64,000 bases of DNA from Candidatus Poribacteria bacterium (GCA_965198175.1 OZ240245.1:3232001-3296000); one strand, 5' to 3'; counted from the first letter of the stretch, positions 9,694 to 20,574 are shown. Made by a program: numbers and translations. The notes: a model not told the origin generated them from the letters alone.

Positions 9694-12003
9694 GTGAAGT
9701 TTACGGAAGATGTGTTACAGCGCAACGATTTAGTTTACAAGGTGCTACCGCCACGCTGGGTCTTCGGGTTGCCTATTGGCAACGGACAGGTCGGCGGCAT
9801 GATTTGGGTGGAGGACGAAACGAAAGTTGTCGTCACACTTGACAGTGTTTGGGCGTGGGACTACCGGCAAACTCCGATACAGCATCCTGAGACGAACACC
9901 TACGCTCGTTTTCGAGAACTCATGGCAGCGGGTGATGATGAGGCTGCGGGGCAGGTTCTCAAGCCCGGGGGGATGCAGCCCACGAAGACCTATGTAGGGC
10001 GCCTTGTGATTGATGTGGGTCAAAGAATTTCGGGCGAAGCCCGTCTACGCTTGGGGGATGCTGAGATTGAACTTGAGGCTGAAACCGACGACGGGGAGAC
10101 GATTCACCTAACGTTCGTTGCCTATGCGAATACACCTGCCATCGCGGTAGATCACCACCCTCGGTCGGCGATTAAAGAGATTCGGCTCGAACGACTTCCG
10201 GCGGAGCGCGTCGGTCTCCATGGCGTTTCGGATCTTGTAAGCGGTGCATCGGAGGCAGTTGAATGGGTTCGTCAAGACATTCCGGGTAGTCCGTCGATCG
10301 TGCTCGCGCTGCTTCCCGGTGAGACACAATCCTTCGCAACTGTCCAAGTAACGCGGAGCAACCTCGATCCCGTTGAAGAGTCGGCAAAGGTACTTGAGAC
10401 GGTAGCGGCAAATCCCGGCGCACACCTAGAAGATCACCGCGCTTGGTGGAGTCGATTCTGGGGCAGGTCCAGCGTGCAGACGCCGGATGAGAAAATTGAA
10501 TCGGTCTGGTATATGGGGCTGTATATGCTGGCTTCCGCGAGCCGCGAGGGCGGTTGTGCCGCGAGTCTGCACGGTCTTTGGTCGCCGGACAGTTGCATCC
10601 CGCCAGCGCACGGTTTCTATATCTGGGACTTCTACTCGCAGCATTGGGGGCTATATACGGCGAATCATCTGGAAATCGGAGAGGTGTTCTGCGACCATTT
10701 CTTGTCTATCCTTCCGCGCCTTATAGAAGAGACACGGAGCTTTTACGGATGGGACGGTGTTTTCGTACCCGGCTTTATGATAGTTGATGGGTCATGGATT
10801 TATCTCGGTCATAACCAAGTGTTGATTTGGCCCGGAACCAGCGCGTGGGTAGCGCAAGCATTCTGGTGGCAGTATCTGTACAGCAACGATGTCGATTTTC
10901 TTCGACAGAACGCCTATCCCTTTATGCGGGAATGTATGCTGTTCTATGAAGGGTTACTCGAAAAAGCGGACGACGGCAAATATCATTTGAACGTGAGCTA
11001 TGCGCCCGAATTTAAGAGTTGGATACGGGACGATACACTTAGCTTAGCCGTGATTCGGAATCTTATTGATGGACTCCTAAAGGCGGTTGAGGTACTTCAG
11101 AACGATGAGCCTCATCTCGCTGTCTGGCAGGAGATAGCTGGAAATCTCCAAGCGTACCATGTGGATGGTTCGGGACTGATGTTCGGAGAAGGACTGCCAT
11201 ATACAGAATCTCACCGCCACATGTCGCATCTCGGACCGGTCTATCCGTGCGATAGCTTGAACATTGACGGCTCTTCGGAGGATCGGCAACTCATTGATCG
11301 GACGATAAACAATGTCATCCTGAAGGGGTACGGGACCTTTGTCGGTTGGGCGTTCGTTTGGCTATCAGCTATCGCCGCGCGAGCCGGGCGCGGACAGATG
11401 GCGTGGTGGACGCTCAAGCAGTTTGCGGATGCTTTCGTACCTTGCAACACGTACAACCTGAATCTTGATTGGGAGCGGAACGGCATCTCTATCCAGCCAG
11501 ACACTTTGTGCGTCGATGGAAATATGGGAGCCGTAGATTCGCTCAACCAGATGCTTGTGCAGAGTTGGGGTGGTCGTATTCGCGTGTTCCCCGCATGTCC
11601 CAGCCATTGGCGGGAGGTTCGGTTCGATAACCTTCGCTGCGAGGGTGGTGTGGTGATATCGGCTGTGCGTTCAAAGGGACAAACACTTGGCGTTCGGCTA
11701 GAATCCGCATCAGGAGTACAAGTCCGACTCAGTAACCCGTTTGATGGTTCTGGCGGCTACTTCAATGGACAGCCGATTCGACCCAATGCTGACGGCGATC
11801 TTGTCATCAATCTGAACGCCGCTCAGGCGGTGTGGTTGACCGCCACCGCCGAAATCACAGCGGCTGACTTGGATAATTTTATTGTCAAACGACCGGAAGC
11901 GATGCGGAATCCGTATGGGTTGAAATTCCTTGAAGAATCATTGTTGACCGATAACCCGGATATTCCGATCGTACACCCTCACTTTCGCAATTCTTTCCTC
12001 TGA
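9694..12003 (+). CDS. GH95-like (alpha-L-fucosidase-related) glycoside hydrolase
   Basis: GLPIGNG, HRHMSHL, DGNMG and MLVQS...RVFPACP-x-x-W motifs; AAGGAG RBS before the GTG start. Confidence 0.8.
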   Translation: MKFTEDVLQRNDLVYKVLPPRWVFGLPIGNGQVGGMIWVEDETKVVVTLDSVWAWDYRQTPIQHPETNTYARFRELMAAGDDEAAGQVLKPGGMQPTKTYVGRLVIDVGQRISGEARLRLGDAEIELEAETDDGETIHLTFVAYANTPAIAVDHHPRSAIKEIRLERLPAERVGLHGVSDLVSGASEAVEWVRQDIPGSPSIVLALLPGETQSFATVQVTRSNLDPVEESAKVLETVAANPGAHLEDHRAWWSRFWGRSSVQTPDEKIESVWYMGLYMLASASREGGCAASLHGLWSPDSCIPPAHGFYIWDFYSQHWGLYTANHLEIGEVFCDHFLSILPRLIEETRSFYGWDGVFVPGFMIVDGSWIYLGHNQVLIWPGTSAWVAQAFWWQYLYSNDVDFLRQNAYPFMRECMLFYEGLLEKADDGKYHLNVSYAPEFKSWIRDDTLSLAVIRNLIDGLLKAVEVLQNDEPHLAVWQEIAGNLQAYHVDGSGLMFGEGLPYTESHRHMSHLGPVYPCDSLNIDGSSEDRQLIDRTINNVILKGYGTFVGWAFVWLSAIAARAGRGQMAWWTLKQFADAFVPCNTYNLNLDWERNGISIQPDTLCVDGNMGAVDSLNQMLVQSWGGRIRVFPACPSHWREVRFDNLRCEGGVVISAVRSKGQTLGVRLESASGVQVRLSNPFDGSGGYFNGQPIRPNADGDLVINLNAAQAVWLTATAEITAADLDNFIVKRPEAMRNPYGLKFLEESLLTDNPDIPIVHPHFRNSFL

Positions 12004-12067
12004 TTAAGGTTCAGCCTTGAGTCTGTAGAGTATCAGGAATACATATCTGCGGAGATGCCACTATCGA

Positions 12068-14512
12068 ATGAGTTTAATGCGAGCGGTGCTTGAAAGAAAC
12101 GACTTGGTTTACAACGTGCTTCCCCCACGGTGGGTTTTTGGGCTGCCGATTGGTAACGGACAGATTGGCGGGATGATCTGGTTAGAAGATGAGACAAAGG
12201 TCATCATTACGCTCGATCACGTTTGGGCGTGGGACCTTCGCGAGCATCCACGAGAAGATCCAGAAAAGCTTCGCTATAATAACTTGGTCGAGCTGAATGG
12301 TCACCTACTTCGGAAGGATCGCCTCGCAGACATTGAAGCGGGACGCCTACCAATTGAAGCAGGTTTCTTGACGGATATCCTCTGCTCGGTAGATTGGAGT
12401 TTGTCACTGCCTACGAAAACGCATGTAGGGCGGCTCGTTATCGAATTTAACCATAAACTATCAGGCGAAGCCCGCCTCAGCCTCTTGGATGCGGAAGCCA
12501 CGCTGGAGATTTGCACTGAAGCGGGTGAACGTGTAAGCCTGGCGATTCGTGCTGATGCCAATGTTCCCGTAATTGTGGTGTCGCACGACCATCGGCAAAA
12601 CATAAAGGACGTTCGACTTGAAAGAGTCTCGTCAGACGATTTGATAACATATCGTCCAGAGGGTGAAGCTATACCGGACTGGTACAGACTTCCTGATTGT
12701 GAAAGCGGGAACCGGGGAGAAATTAGATGGATTCAACAGGACATCCCGCGCAGCCCATCGTTGGTTCTGGCATTCCTAGCGGAAGACGAGCAAATCTGCG
12801 TAACTGTGGCGACATCTCATAACGATGTCGATCCGGTGGAAGCCGCTGTAAGTGTGCTTGTGCAGGCTGATGCAACCCCTGGACGGCTTCTGGCTGAACA
12901 CCGAACTTGGTGGCACCGATTTTGGGGTCGCTCTAGCGTCCAACTGCCGGACGCCCAGATAGAATCTCTCTGGTACATGGGGCTGTATCTTCTAGCGTCC
13001 GCTAGCCGAGAGGAAGGCGCTTCGGTGAGTTTGCACGGACTCTGGCAGCCAGATAGCTGCATGCCGCCTTCGCTAGGTCTCTACATCTGGGACTTTTATC
13101 CTCAATACTGGGGGATTTACGGCGCAAACCACCTCGAGTTGGGAACAGCCTACTACGATCACTTTCTCTCAATCTTGCCTCGCCTCAAGGAAGAGACTGC
13201 GAAATTCTACGGCTGGGAAGGCGCTTATGTGCCTGGTCAAATGGCGATTGACGGTTCATGGCTTTTCGCGCCGTGGCCACATGTTTTATTCTGGCCGGGA
13301 ACAAGCGCTTGGATAGCTCAAGGGTTTTGGCAGCACTACCTCTACAGCAAGGATCAAAATTTCCTTGTGGAAAAGGCGTATCCCTTTATGCGAGAATGTA
13401 TGCTGTTCTATGAGGGGTTTCTGAAAAGAGGGGAGGACGGCAAGTATCACATTTATCCCACACAATCTCCAGAAACCGGTGGATGGGGTAGGGACGACAC
13501 ACTCACGCTCTCGCTACTTCGCTATCTCATCAATGGGCTGCTAAGCGCTGTGAATATTTTGGGTTTGAATGAACCGCACCAGAAGGCTTGGACGGAGATA
13601 CTCGATAACCTACCAGATTACCATAAAGGCGATACCGGTTTTTATCTAAAAGAGGGCGCTGCATATACTAAGTGCCATCGTCACCTGTCCCATCTTGCTC
13701 CAATCTATCCCGTTGGCGACATCAATACTGACGGTTCAAAGGAGGATTTGCAACTCATTGAGAAATCCCTGAACACAGTTATTTCCAAAGGATATGGAAT
13801 CTGGGTTGGCTGGTCATTCGCGTGGGCTTCAGTTATCGCTGCGAGGAGTGGGCGAAAGCAGATGTCGTGGTGGACACTCAGGCAGCTCGCCGATGCTTAC
13901 GTCTCATGCAACACGTTCAACCTGAACCTCGATTGGAAACGGAACGGCATCGCATCGGATACAGACGCTTACTGCCAAGACGGCAACATGGCGGCGGTGG
14001 CAGCCGTCAACGAGATGCTGGTGCAGAGTTGGGGTGGACGTATTCGTGTGTTTCCAGCGTGTCCGAGCCATTGGCGGGAATGCCGAATCGACAAACTCCT
14101 TTGTGAGGGCGGCGTAGAGGTGTCCGCAATCCGTTCAGACGGATGCACGTTGGCGGTACGATTGGAGTCTGCGTCTGAGCAACAGGCTCGGCTCCTCAAT
14201 CCCTTTGATGCTGGTGGCGGCTATCTTGATGGACAGCGAATTCAACCAAATGCGGATGGCGATCTGGTATTAGATTTAGCCGCCGGAAAGGCTATATGGT
14301 TAACTGCAACGCCCGAAATTAAGCCTTCCAACTTCGATGAGTTCTCCGTTGAACGACCGGAGGTAATGCGGAATTGCTACGGTTTGAAATACCTAGACGA
14401 TGCGTGGTTCGCTGATAGTCCGGAAATTCCGAACGTACACCCGCATTTCCGCAACTCCTTTGTGAAGACTTCCCCGTTAAAATATGTTTCGATCGGACTG
14501 ACGTCAGGTTGA
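12068..14512 (+). CDS. GH95-like glycoside hydrolase, tandem paralog
   Basis: Same motifs (GLPIGNG, QSPE, HRHLSHL, DGNMA); strongly similar to the upstream gene along its length. Confidence 0.8.
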   Translation: MSLMRAVLERNDLVYNVLPPRWVFGLPIGNGQIGGMIWLEDETKVIITLDHVWAWDLREHPREDPEKLRYNNLVELNGHLLRKDRLADIEAGRLPIEAGFLTDILCSVDWSLSLPTKTHVGRLVIEFNHKLSGEARLSLLDAEATLEICTEAGERVSLAIRADANVPVIVVSHDHRQNIKDVRLERVSSDDLITYRPEGEAIPDWYRLPDCESGNRGEIRWIQQDIPRSPSLVLAFLAEDEQICVTVATSHNDVDPVEAAVSVLVQADATPGRLLAEHRTWWHRFWGRSSVQLPDAQIESLWYMGLYLLASASREEGASVSLHGLWQPDSCMPPSLGLYIWDFYPQYWGIYGANHLELGTAYYDHFLSILPRLKEETAKFYGWEGAYVPGQMAIDGSWLFAPWPHVLFWPGTSAWIAQGFWQHYLYSKDQNFLVEKAYPFMRECMLFYEGFLKRGEDGKYHIYPTQSPETGGWGRDDTLTLSLLRYLINGLLSAVNILGLNEPHQKAWTEILDNLPDYHKGDTGFYLKEGAAYTKCHRHLSHLAPIYPVGDINTDGSKEDLQLIEKSLNTVISKGYGIWVGWSFAWASVIAARSGRKQMSWWTLRQLADAYVSCNTFNLNLDWKRNGIASDTDAYCQDGNMAAVAAVNEMLVQSWGGRIRVFPACPSHWRECRIDKLLCEGGVEVSAIRSDGCTLAVRLESASEQQARLLNPFDAGGGYLDGQRIQPNADGDLVLDLAAGKAIWLTATPEIKPSNFDEFSVERPEVMRNCYGLKYLDDAWFADSPEIPNVHPHFRNSFVKTSPLKYVSIGLTSG

Positions 14513-14637
14513 TTGAGCGAAATACCGATCCATTTGCTGGCGTTGATGCGTGCTTTGTACTGCACTACCTCTTTCCCCCCTTGCTGACGGGAAAACCTAT
14601 GTAGTCCGTGTATTAGAGCCAGTAGATTTTTTTCTCG

Positions 14638-14666
14638 TTGACGGCGCATTGGAATCCTGATATTCT
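14638..14666 (+). promoter_or_regulatory. Probable sigma70-type promoter for the GHL6 gene
   Basis: TTGACG-17 nt-TATTCT with TG extension. Confidence 0.5.
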
Positions 14667-14749
14667 ACAATGTGCAAGAGCAAGATGCTTCATATCGCGT
14701 AACACTATTTTGAGTTTGGAGTGAAACTGAACGCTTTGGCGGATATGCT

Positions 14750-16711
14750 ATGGAAGAAAGATTTCCTCGGCGAGCGATACACCTCGATTTTCATACAATG
14801 CCGCGGGTTGATGACGTCGGAATTGAATTTAACGCCGACGAATTTGCTCAAACCCTTAGTGCAGCACATGTGGATTACATCACGGTCTTCGCACGATGCA
14901 ATCTGGGATTTGCCTATTATCCAACAGAGATTGGTATAATTCATCCGGGAATCAAGACAGATGATATGCTTGGCGCGATGATTGAGGCGTGTCACGATCG
15001 AGACATCCGGGTAGCTGTTTATATCAACGCAGGACTCGACCATGAACATGCGCTGCGTCATAGAGAATGGTGTAAACTAAACAAAGAGGGACAGGTCTAC
15101 AATGTGCCGGAGATGGGGCATTACTTCAGAAGCATGTGCCTGAGTACCGGTTATGGCGAACACCTCTTGGCGATGGTGGACGAACTATTGACGAATTATC
15201 CCGTCGATGGGCTTTTTCTGGACTGTTTCGACCTTTCACCTTGCTACGGCGTGGAGTGCCTTTCCGGGATGGAAGCGTTGGACATGGATATATTCGACGA
15301 TGGACAAGTGGGCGCATATTGTGTGCAAATGACAGACACATTCCTCGATGAGGTCCAAAACCGGGTCCGTCAACTGGCACCAGGCATATACGTCTACTTC
15401 AACGGCATTCGTTACAGAAACCAGCCAACCCATGTTGAGTTGGAGGTTCTTCCCCCCGCGTGGGGTTATGATTATCTTCCTTTTGCTATCAGATATGCAC
15501 GTACTCTCGGCAAGCCCTACTTCACGATGACCGGCAGATTCCACAAGAGTTGGGGAGACTTTGGCGGGATTAGGACGGAGCATTCTCTGCTGTTCGACTG
15601 TTACTACTCGCTTATCAACGGTGGAACCTGCTCCATCGGTGACCACATGCACCCACGCGGCAAGCTGGACCCAGAGGTCTATCGCCTGATTGGCAAAACA
15701 TACGCTGAAGTTGAGGCGTTAGAGCCGTGGACGGCAGGGGCACAAGCAGTATCTGAAATTGTGGTTATCGATCCGTGTCTAAACAGAGTTCCGGGCGATT
15801 ATCGAATTCGGCAGGGGCACAGTATCCAGGGGGCTTCCAGAATGTTGTCGGAACTGAAGTGCCAGTTTGATGTGAGCGATGGGGAAATAGATCTTTCCGC
15901 GTACCGGGTGGTTGTTCTACCGGATGATGTCGCATTGGACAAAAAGCTCGAAGCATCGTTAGCCCAGCACCTTGAGAATGGAGGGGCGATAATCAGCTCT
16001 GCCTATGCGGGGCTAAGCCCCGATAAAAGCGGGTTCGCGTTGGATGCCTACAAAGTGAATTACGAAGGACCAGAGCCGTATGATTTTACCTTCTTTGAAG
16101 CGCTACCTGACATTGACCATGAATTGCCGGATATGCTGACGACGATATACGAGCCGGGAATCGCCATGACCGCCACGGCGGGTTCAGAAGTACTTGCGAG
16201 ACTCTACAAGCCGTACTTCAACCATAAGGAATGGGATCTGTACCACGAACACCTTTATATTCCGCCCAAAGAGGACACGGGGCGACCGGCGCTAGTGCAA
16301 TGTGGAAACATATTCCACTTCGGTTTCCCGATATTCAAAAACTATATCAATCACGCGGTCGTTCCTCACAGAACACTGTTCCGAAACTGCCTGACGCGGG
16401 TCCTACCCGATCCTATCGTCAAGGTTGAGAACATGCCTTCCTTTGGCCAGGTGACCGTGACACGATTGGAAAACCGACAGATGGTACACCTCCTCACCTA
16501 TGTGCCGGAACTGAGGGGTAATGCCCAGATCGTAGAAGAACCGATTTCTGCGCACAATGTCATGCTGTTCTTAAGAACCGACGGAATGATTCCAAAAACG
16601 GTTTATCTCGCGCCTTCTAGAAAAACGCTTAATTTTTCCGTGGCGGAGGGGTATCTGAAAATTTCAGTCCCTGAAGTCCGCGGCTACCAATTAGTTGTGT
16701 TTGAGATCTAA
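14750..16711 (+). CDS. GHL6-type putative glycoside hydrolase with beta-galactosidase trimerisation-like domain
   Basis: RAIHLDFHT, FARCNLGFAYYPT, DGLFLD, GRFHKSWGDFGG and SIGDHMHPRG motifs. Confidence 0.75.
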   Translation: MEERFPRRAIHLDFHTMPRVDDVGIEFNADEFAQTLSAAHVDYITVFARCNLGFAYYPTEIGIIHPGIKTDDMLGAMIEACHDRDIRVAVYINAGLDHEHALRHREWCKLNKEGQVYNVPEMGHYFRSMCLSTGYGEHLLAMVDELLTNYPVDGLFLDCFDLSPCYGVECLSGMEALDMDIFDDGQVGAYCVQMTDTFLDEVQNRVRQLAPGIYVYFNGIRYRNQPTHVELEVLPPAWGYDYLPFAIRYARTLGKPYFTMTGRFHKSWGDFGGIRTEHSLLFDCYYSLINGGTCSIGDHMHPRGKLDPEVYRLIGKTYAEVEALEPWTAGAQAVSEIVVIDPCLNRVPGDYRIRQGHSIQGASRMLSELKCQFDVSDGEIDLSAYRVVVLPDDVALDKKLEASLAQHLENGGAIISSAYAGLSPDKSGFALDAYKVNYEGPEPYDFTFFEALPDIDHELPDMLTTIYEPGIAMTATAGSEVLARLYKPYFNHKEWDLYHEHLYIPPKEDTGRPALVQCGNIFHFGFPIFKNYINHAVVPHRTLFRNCLTRVLPDPIVKVENMPSFGQVTVTRLENRQMVHLLTYVPELRGNAQIVEEPISAHNVMLFLRTDGMIPKTVYLAPSRKTLNFSVAEGYLKISVPEVRGYQLVVFEI

Positions 16712-16953
16712 TCAAGCCCGGTGTGCGGTTGGGGAGCCGTACACCTTGAAGCTCCTGATGATAACCGTGAAGCAACATATGAATCGAGAACGGGATGAAA
16801 TTGTATTGAAACCCAGTTAAACCATCGAAGATGTCACAAAGCCACGCATCTTACGATGTCAAGTTGTTGATAATCCGGAGATTTCTCCAAAGTCTAAAAT
16901 TTATAGAATAGGCGGATTCGAGTAAAACTGGCAGAGAGGAGATTTTCAGTCAA

Positions 16954-17967
16954 ATGAGCAATATTATTCGCGGATCAGTTATTGGCTATGGGGCTGCATT
17001 TAATATGGGGAAATTCCATGCCGAGGCGATGCAACGCACAGAAGGAATTGAGTGCGTCGCGATCTGCGATATTGACGAGGAGCGAACCAATTCTGCAAAA
17101 GCTGATTTCACTTCGGTTTCAATCTATAACAACATTGATGAATTGCTAGCCGATCCGGGGATTGATCTCATCGTAAACGTGTTGCCCCATAACTTGCACG
17201 GCTCAATTACCGTTCAGAGCTTGGAGGCGGGCAAACATGCCATCGTTGAAAAACCGATGTGCATCACCATTGCTGAGGCGAACCAGATGATAAACACCGC
17301 CAGGGAAGCCGGCTTAATGTTATCCGTCCACCATAATCGTCGTTGGGATGCGGACTTTTGGACATTGCGTGGATTGGTTAAGAGTGGTGTCATCGGTCGC
17401 GTGTTCAGCGTTGAAATGTGGGGTGGTGGTTACGGAAAACCTGATTCCAATTGGTGGCGCAGCGTGAAAGCGATTTCCGGCGGCGCGTTTTACGATTGGG
17501 GCGCGCACTATCTCGATTGGTTGCTCAACATCATCGAAGAGAAGATGATTAACATCACCGGTTTTTATCAACCTAATCTAGTGTGGCACGACATCACCAA
17601 CGAAGATCACGTTCAAGCGATAATCCGCTTCGCCAACAACGCGATTGCTAACGTTCAGATGTCAAGCATAGCAAAGCTTGGAGCGCCTGTCTGGAAGCTG
17701 CTCGGTTCACATGGCGCAATTGTCTCCGAAGGAAACCAGTTCAAAGTTATCGTTGAGGTTGAAGGGCAACCTGAACAACAGATGGTTGATTTTCATGGGC
17801 GCCCTGGGCCTTCATACTATGAAAATATTGTAGCACATCTCAACAACGGTGAACCGCTGATTGTCACGCCAGAATCTGCACGACGTGTCGTCGCGGTGAT
17901 GGACCTTGCGGAAAAGTCCTCAAAGACACATCAGGCGGAAACGCTCCCTTATGAATTTGAGATATAA
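16954..17967 (+). CDS. Gfo/Idh/MocA family oxidoreductase
   Basis: VIGYG, AGKHAIVEKP, HNRRWD and DWGAHYLD motifs. Confidence 0.92.
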   Translation: MSNIIRGSVIGYGAAFNMGKFHAEAMQRTEGIECVAICDIDEERTNSAKADFTSVSIYNNIDELLADPGIDLIVNVLPHNLHGSITVQSLEAGKHAIVEKPMCITIAEANQMINTAREAGLMLSVHHNRRWDADFWTLRGLVKSGVIGRVFSVEMWGGGYGKPDSNWWRSVKAISGGAFYDWGAHYLDWLLNIIEEKMINITGFYQPNLVWHDITNEDHVQAIIRFANNAIANVQMSSIAKLGAPVWKLLGSHGAIVSEGNQFKVIVEVEGQPEQQMVDFHGRPGPSYYENIVAHLNNGEPLIVTPESARRVVAVMDLAEKSSKTHQAETLPYEFEI

Positions 17968-18053
17968 GAAACGTCGGTCTACATCCCCGTAGAAAGTGGT
18001 CATCAGGTAGTCTTTTACGTTATGTACACCAAACACAATATGGAGGAGAAACT

Positions 18054-18911
18054 ATGTTCAAGAATCTAGCTCCTGGCGGCATCGGCATCCAAGCGAATAT
18101 ACAGGAATCTCTAGAATTGGCGAAGTCCGCTGGCTTTGGTGGGATAGATCTCAACATCGTCGAAGCGGACACGTTGGCACAAGCACACTCCGTCCAGTAT
18201 GTCAAGGATCTCTGGTCGGAGGCTGGGCTAGCGATGGGGGGTTGGGGACTAGTAGTCGACTGGCGTGCGAGTGGCGTAGAGTATTACGAGAGCCTCTCGC
18301 AATTCGCCAAACTCGCGCAGCTTGCCGCTGACCTCGGCTGCTATCGCTGTACCAGCGCCCTTCCGGGCTGGTCGGATGAACTCACGTTTAAGGAGAACTG
18401 GGATTTCCACGTAAAACGCCTTCGTCCTGCTGCGGAGATCTTGAAAGATTACGGACATTCGCTTGGCTTCGAGTATATTGGGCCTAGCACAAGTCGCGCT
18501 CCGTTTAAGTATGGATTCGTCTACACAATGGACGGTATGCAGGCGCTCGCCGCGGGGATTGGCACAGGTAACGTCGGGTTATTGCTGGATGCATGGCACT
18601 GGTATGTTGCCCACGAAACGATCGAAGATCTCAAAAAACTAAGCGCGGATGATATAGTGTCCGTCCATATATGCGATGCCCCAGCGGGCGTTGATGTGGA
18701 TGATCAGGTCGATAACGTGCGTGCGATGCCAGCCGAAACAGGAGTTATCCCGCTCGGTGAATTCATTCGTATCGTCAACGATCTCGGTTACGACGGTCCG
18801 GTCGCCGCTGAACCTCTGAGGAAACCGGCAGACGATATGTCACCGATGGAAGCCGCGCAAGCCACATTTGAATCGTTGGATACGGTGTGGAGACAAGCAG
18901 GTCTGTCTTAA
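18054..18911 (+). CDS. Sugar-phosphate isomerase/epimerase (xylose isomerase-like TIM barrel)
   Basis: LGFEYIGP, LLDAWHW, VHICD and GYDGPVAAE motifs; GGAGG RBS. Confidence 0.88.
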   Translation: MFKNLAPGGIGIQANIQESLELAKSAGFGGIDLNIVEADTLAQAHSVQYVKDLWSEAGLAMGGWGLVVDWRASGVEYYESLSQFAKLAQLAADLGCYRCTSALPGWSDELTFKENWDFHVKRLRPAAEILKDYGHSLGFEYIGPSTSRAPFKYGFVYTMDGMQALAAGIGTGNVGLLLDAWHWYVAHETIEDLKKLSADDIVSVHICDAPAGVDVDDQVDNVRAMPAETGVIPLGEFIRIVNDLGYDGPVAAEPLRKPADDMSPMEAAQATFESLDTVWRQAGLS

Positions 18912-19111
18912 GCGTGAGCGAATCGGTCGCTCGGATCCGCCCTGTTCCTCGCGCAGGTAAGTTGTAGAGTGCTCCGATACAGCGTATGTTTGACACTTGG
19001 AGCTTCGAGAGGGAGAGGGCGCACCGGATGTACTTAATCGCGATTTGCTGGCAGGAAACAAGCGAATCTCTCCGTATGACGCCGAACTCATCTAGGACTC
19101 AGGCTTCACGT
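18912..19111. ncRNA. Candidate ~200-nt rod-like structured RNA (6S-like size and shape), unverified
   Basis: A nested series of short complementary segments across the whole intergenic region; found by eye only. Confidence 0.25.
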
Positions 19112-19131
19112 TTCAGGAAGGATTTTCATTT

Positions 19132-19551
19132 ATGCCGGTTTTTGAGACTGCGGCTCAGCTCTACACTTGTTTTGGTGGGTTGCTGGAGCGGTTGGAATCT
19201 CATCCCCAAGCGCAGAAGGAGCTGAAAACGCTTGAACTGACGGTCAAGTTTACCTTCACAGCCCCAGCAGCTTCTATGTGGCTGGTTGTGGATCGTGGTG
19301 AGCAATCTATCCACTACGACGAATGTGACGAAAAACCCGATATTGAGCTTGCCATGGCAGGGGATGTAGCTCATCAACTCTGGATGGGGGAAATCAACGT
19401 GATGGAGGCAATTACTAAGCGGCAGGTTGTCCCCATTGGTCCACTGTCGAAGATGATGATCCTTGCTCCCCTGATTAAAATGGCAATAAAGGTTTACCCG
19501 CAGCATTTTCAAGAATACTTGGCAAAGGTCTCACCGTCGGTCAGTTCATAA
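19132..19551 (+). CDS. SCP2 (sterol carrier protein-2)-like lipid-binding domain protein
   Basis: PDIELAM-x-x-DVAHQLW-x-G-x-IN-x-x-x-A...GPLSKMM pattern. Confidence 0.7.
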   Translation: MPVFETAAQLYTCFGGLLERLESHPQAQKELKTLELTVKFTFTAPAASMWLVVDRGEQSIHYDECDEKPDIELAMAGDVAHQLWMGEINVMEAITKRQVVPIGPLSKMMILAPLIKMAIKVYPQHFQEYLAKVSPSVSS

Positions 19552-19708
19552 ACCCGAAATACAACCGGCGGATTCAGCATCGTGAAACCCACGTTCGATC
19601 TGTTCGTTTCTATCGTTAGTGCACATTGACGGAGACATATCGGCGAAATACTCGTCACATTTCTCGATGGATAGATGAATCTGAAACCCATTCCTAGATA
19701 GGACGAAA

Positions 19709-20452
19709 ATGAAATTTGCCGCACAAACAGACAGGGGAAAGCGCCGAGAACACAATGAGGATTGTTACTATGTCAATCCAAAAAACAATCTGTTTGTGAT
19801 TGCAGATGGCATGGGAGGTCATAGCGCCGGCGGGATTGCTAGTCAGATGGTTGTCGCTGTATTTCAGAAGTGGGTGGAAGAACTAAATGGCGAGCCGACA
19901 TCCAGTCTAAACGCTGACCCATCTGAAAGAATAGAGGTTCTATCGCTGCTTACGATGGAAGCCAACCGGCGTGTTTATACCCACTCACAGCAACACAGCT
20001 TTCAAGAGGGAATGGGCACAACACTCACCACCGGTTTTCTGGAGTTCCCCTATCTTATCTATGTTCATGTCGGTGACAGCCGGCTCTACGTACTAAGGGA
20101 TGGGGTATTGACGCAGATTACCAAAGATCATTCCCTCGTTCAGGAAATGGTTGATGCAGGGAAAATGTCACCTGAGCACGCGCGAGTCCATCCACAACGA
20201 AATATTATCCGTAAAGCCGTCGGCTTGGAATCGACTGTGACAATAGACTCCGGCTGTTTTCCGCTCAATCAAGGAGATATTGTCCTTGTCTGCACCGATG
20301 GGCTGCATGACATGATTGTTGACGATTCTGAGATAGCAAGCTTAATAACCTCCGCTCCGAACCTTGATGCTGCTTGTCATCTTCTCGTCAACGCCTCGCT
20401 TGACTACGGCGGCGTGGACAACGTAACGCTGATTCTCGCTACGCCAGATTGA
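19709..20452 (+). CDS. PP2C-type Ser/Thr protein phosphatase (Stp1/PrpC family)
   Basis: R-x-x-NED, ADGMGGH, HVGDSRLY, CTDGL and GGVDNVT motifs. Confidence 0.93.
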   Translation: MKFAAQTDRGKRREHNEDCYYVNPKNNLFVIADGMGGHSAGGIASQMVVAVFQKWVEELNGEPTSSLNADPSERIEVLSLLTMEANRRVYTHSQQHSFQEGMGTTLTTGFLEFPYLIYVHVGDSRLYVLRDGVLTQITKDHSLVQEMVDAGKMSPEHARVHPQRNIIRKAVGLESTVTIDSGCFPLNQGDIVLVCTDGLHDMIVDDSEIASLITSAPNLDAACHLLVNASLDYGGVDNVTLILATPD

Positions 20453-20574
20453 ATTCGGAGGGCGAGACCAACTCACAAAAATTCCGACTTTGAAGCAGTT
20501 TGGATGTATCAGATAACGGCTGCACGCTGAACCCCGATTTTGACCGGGGTTTTATCACATCGCTTGAGACACTT

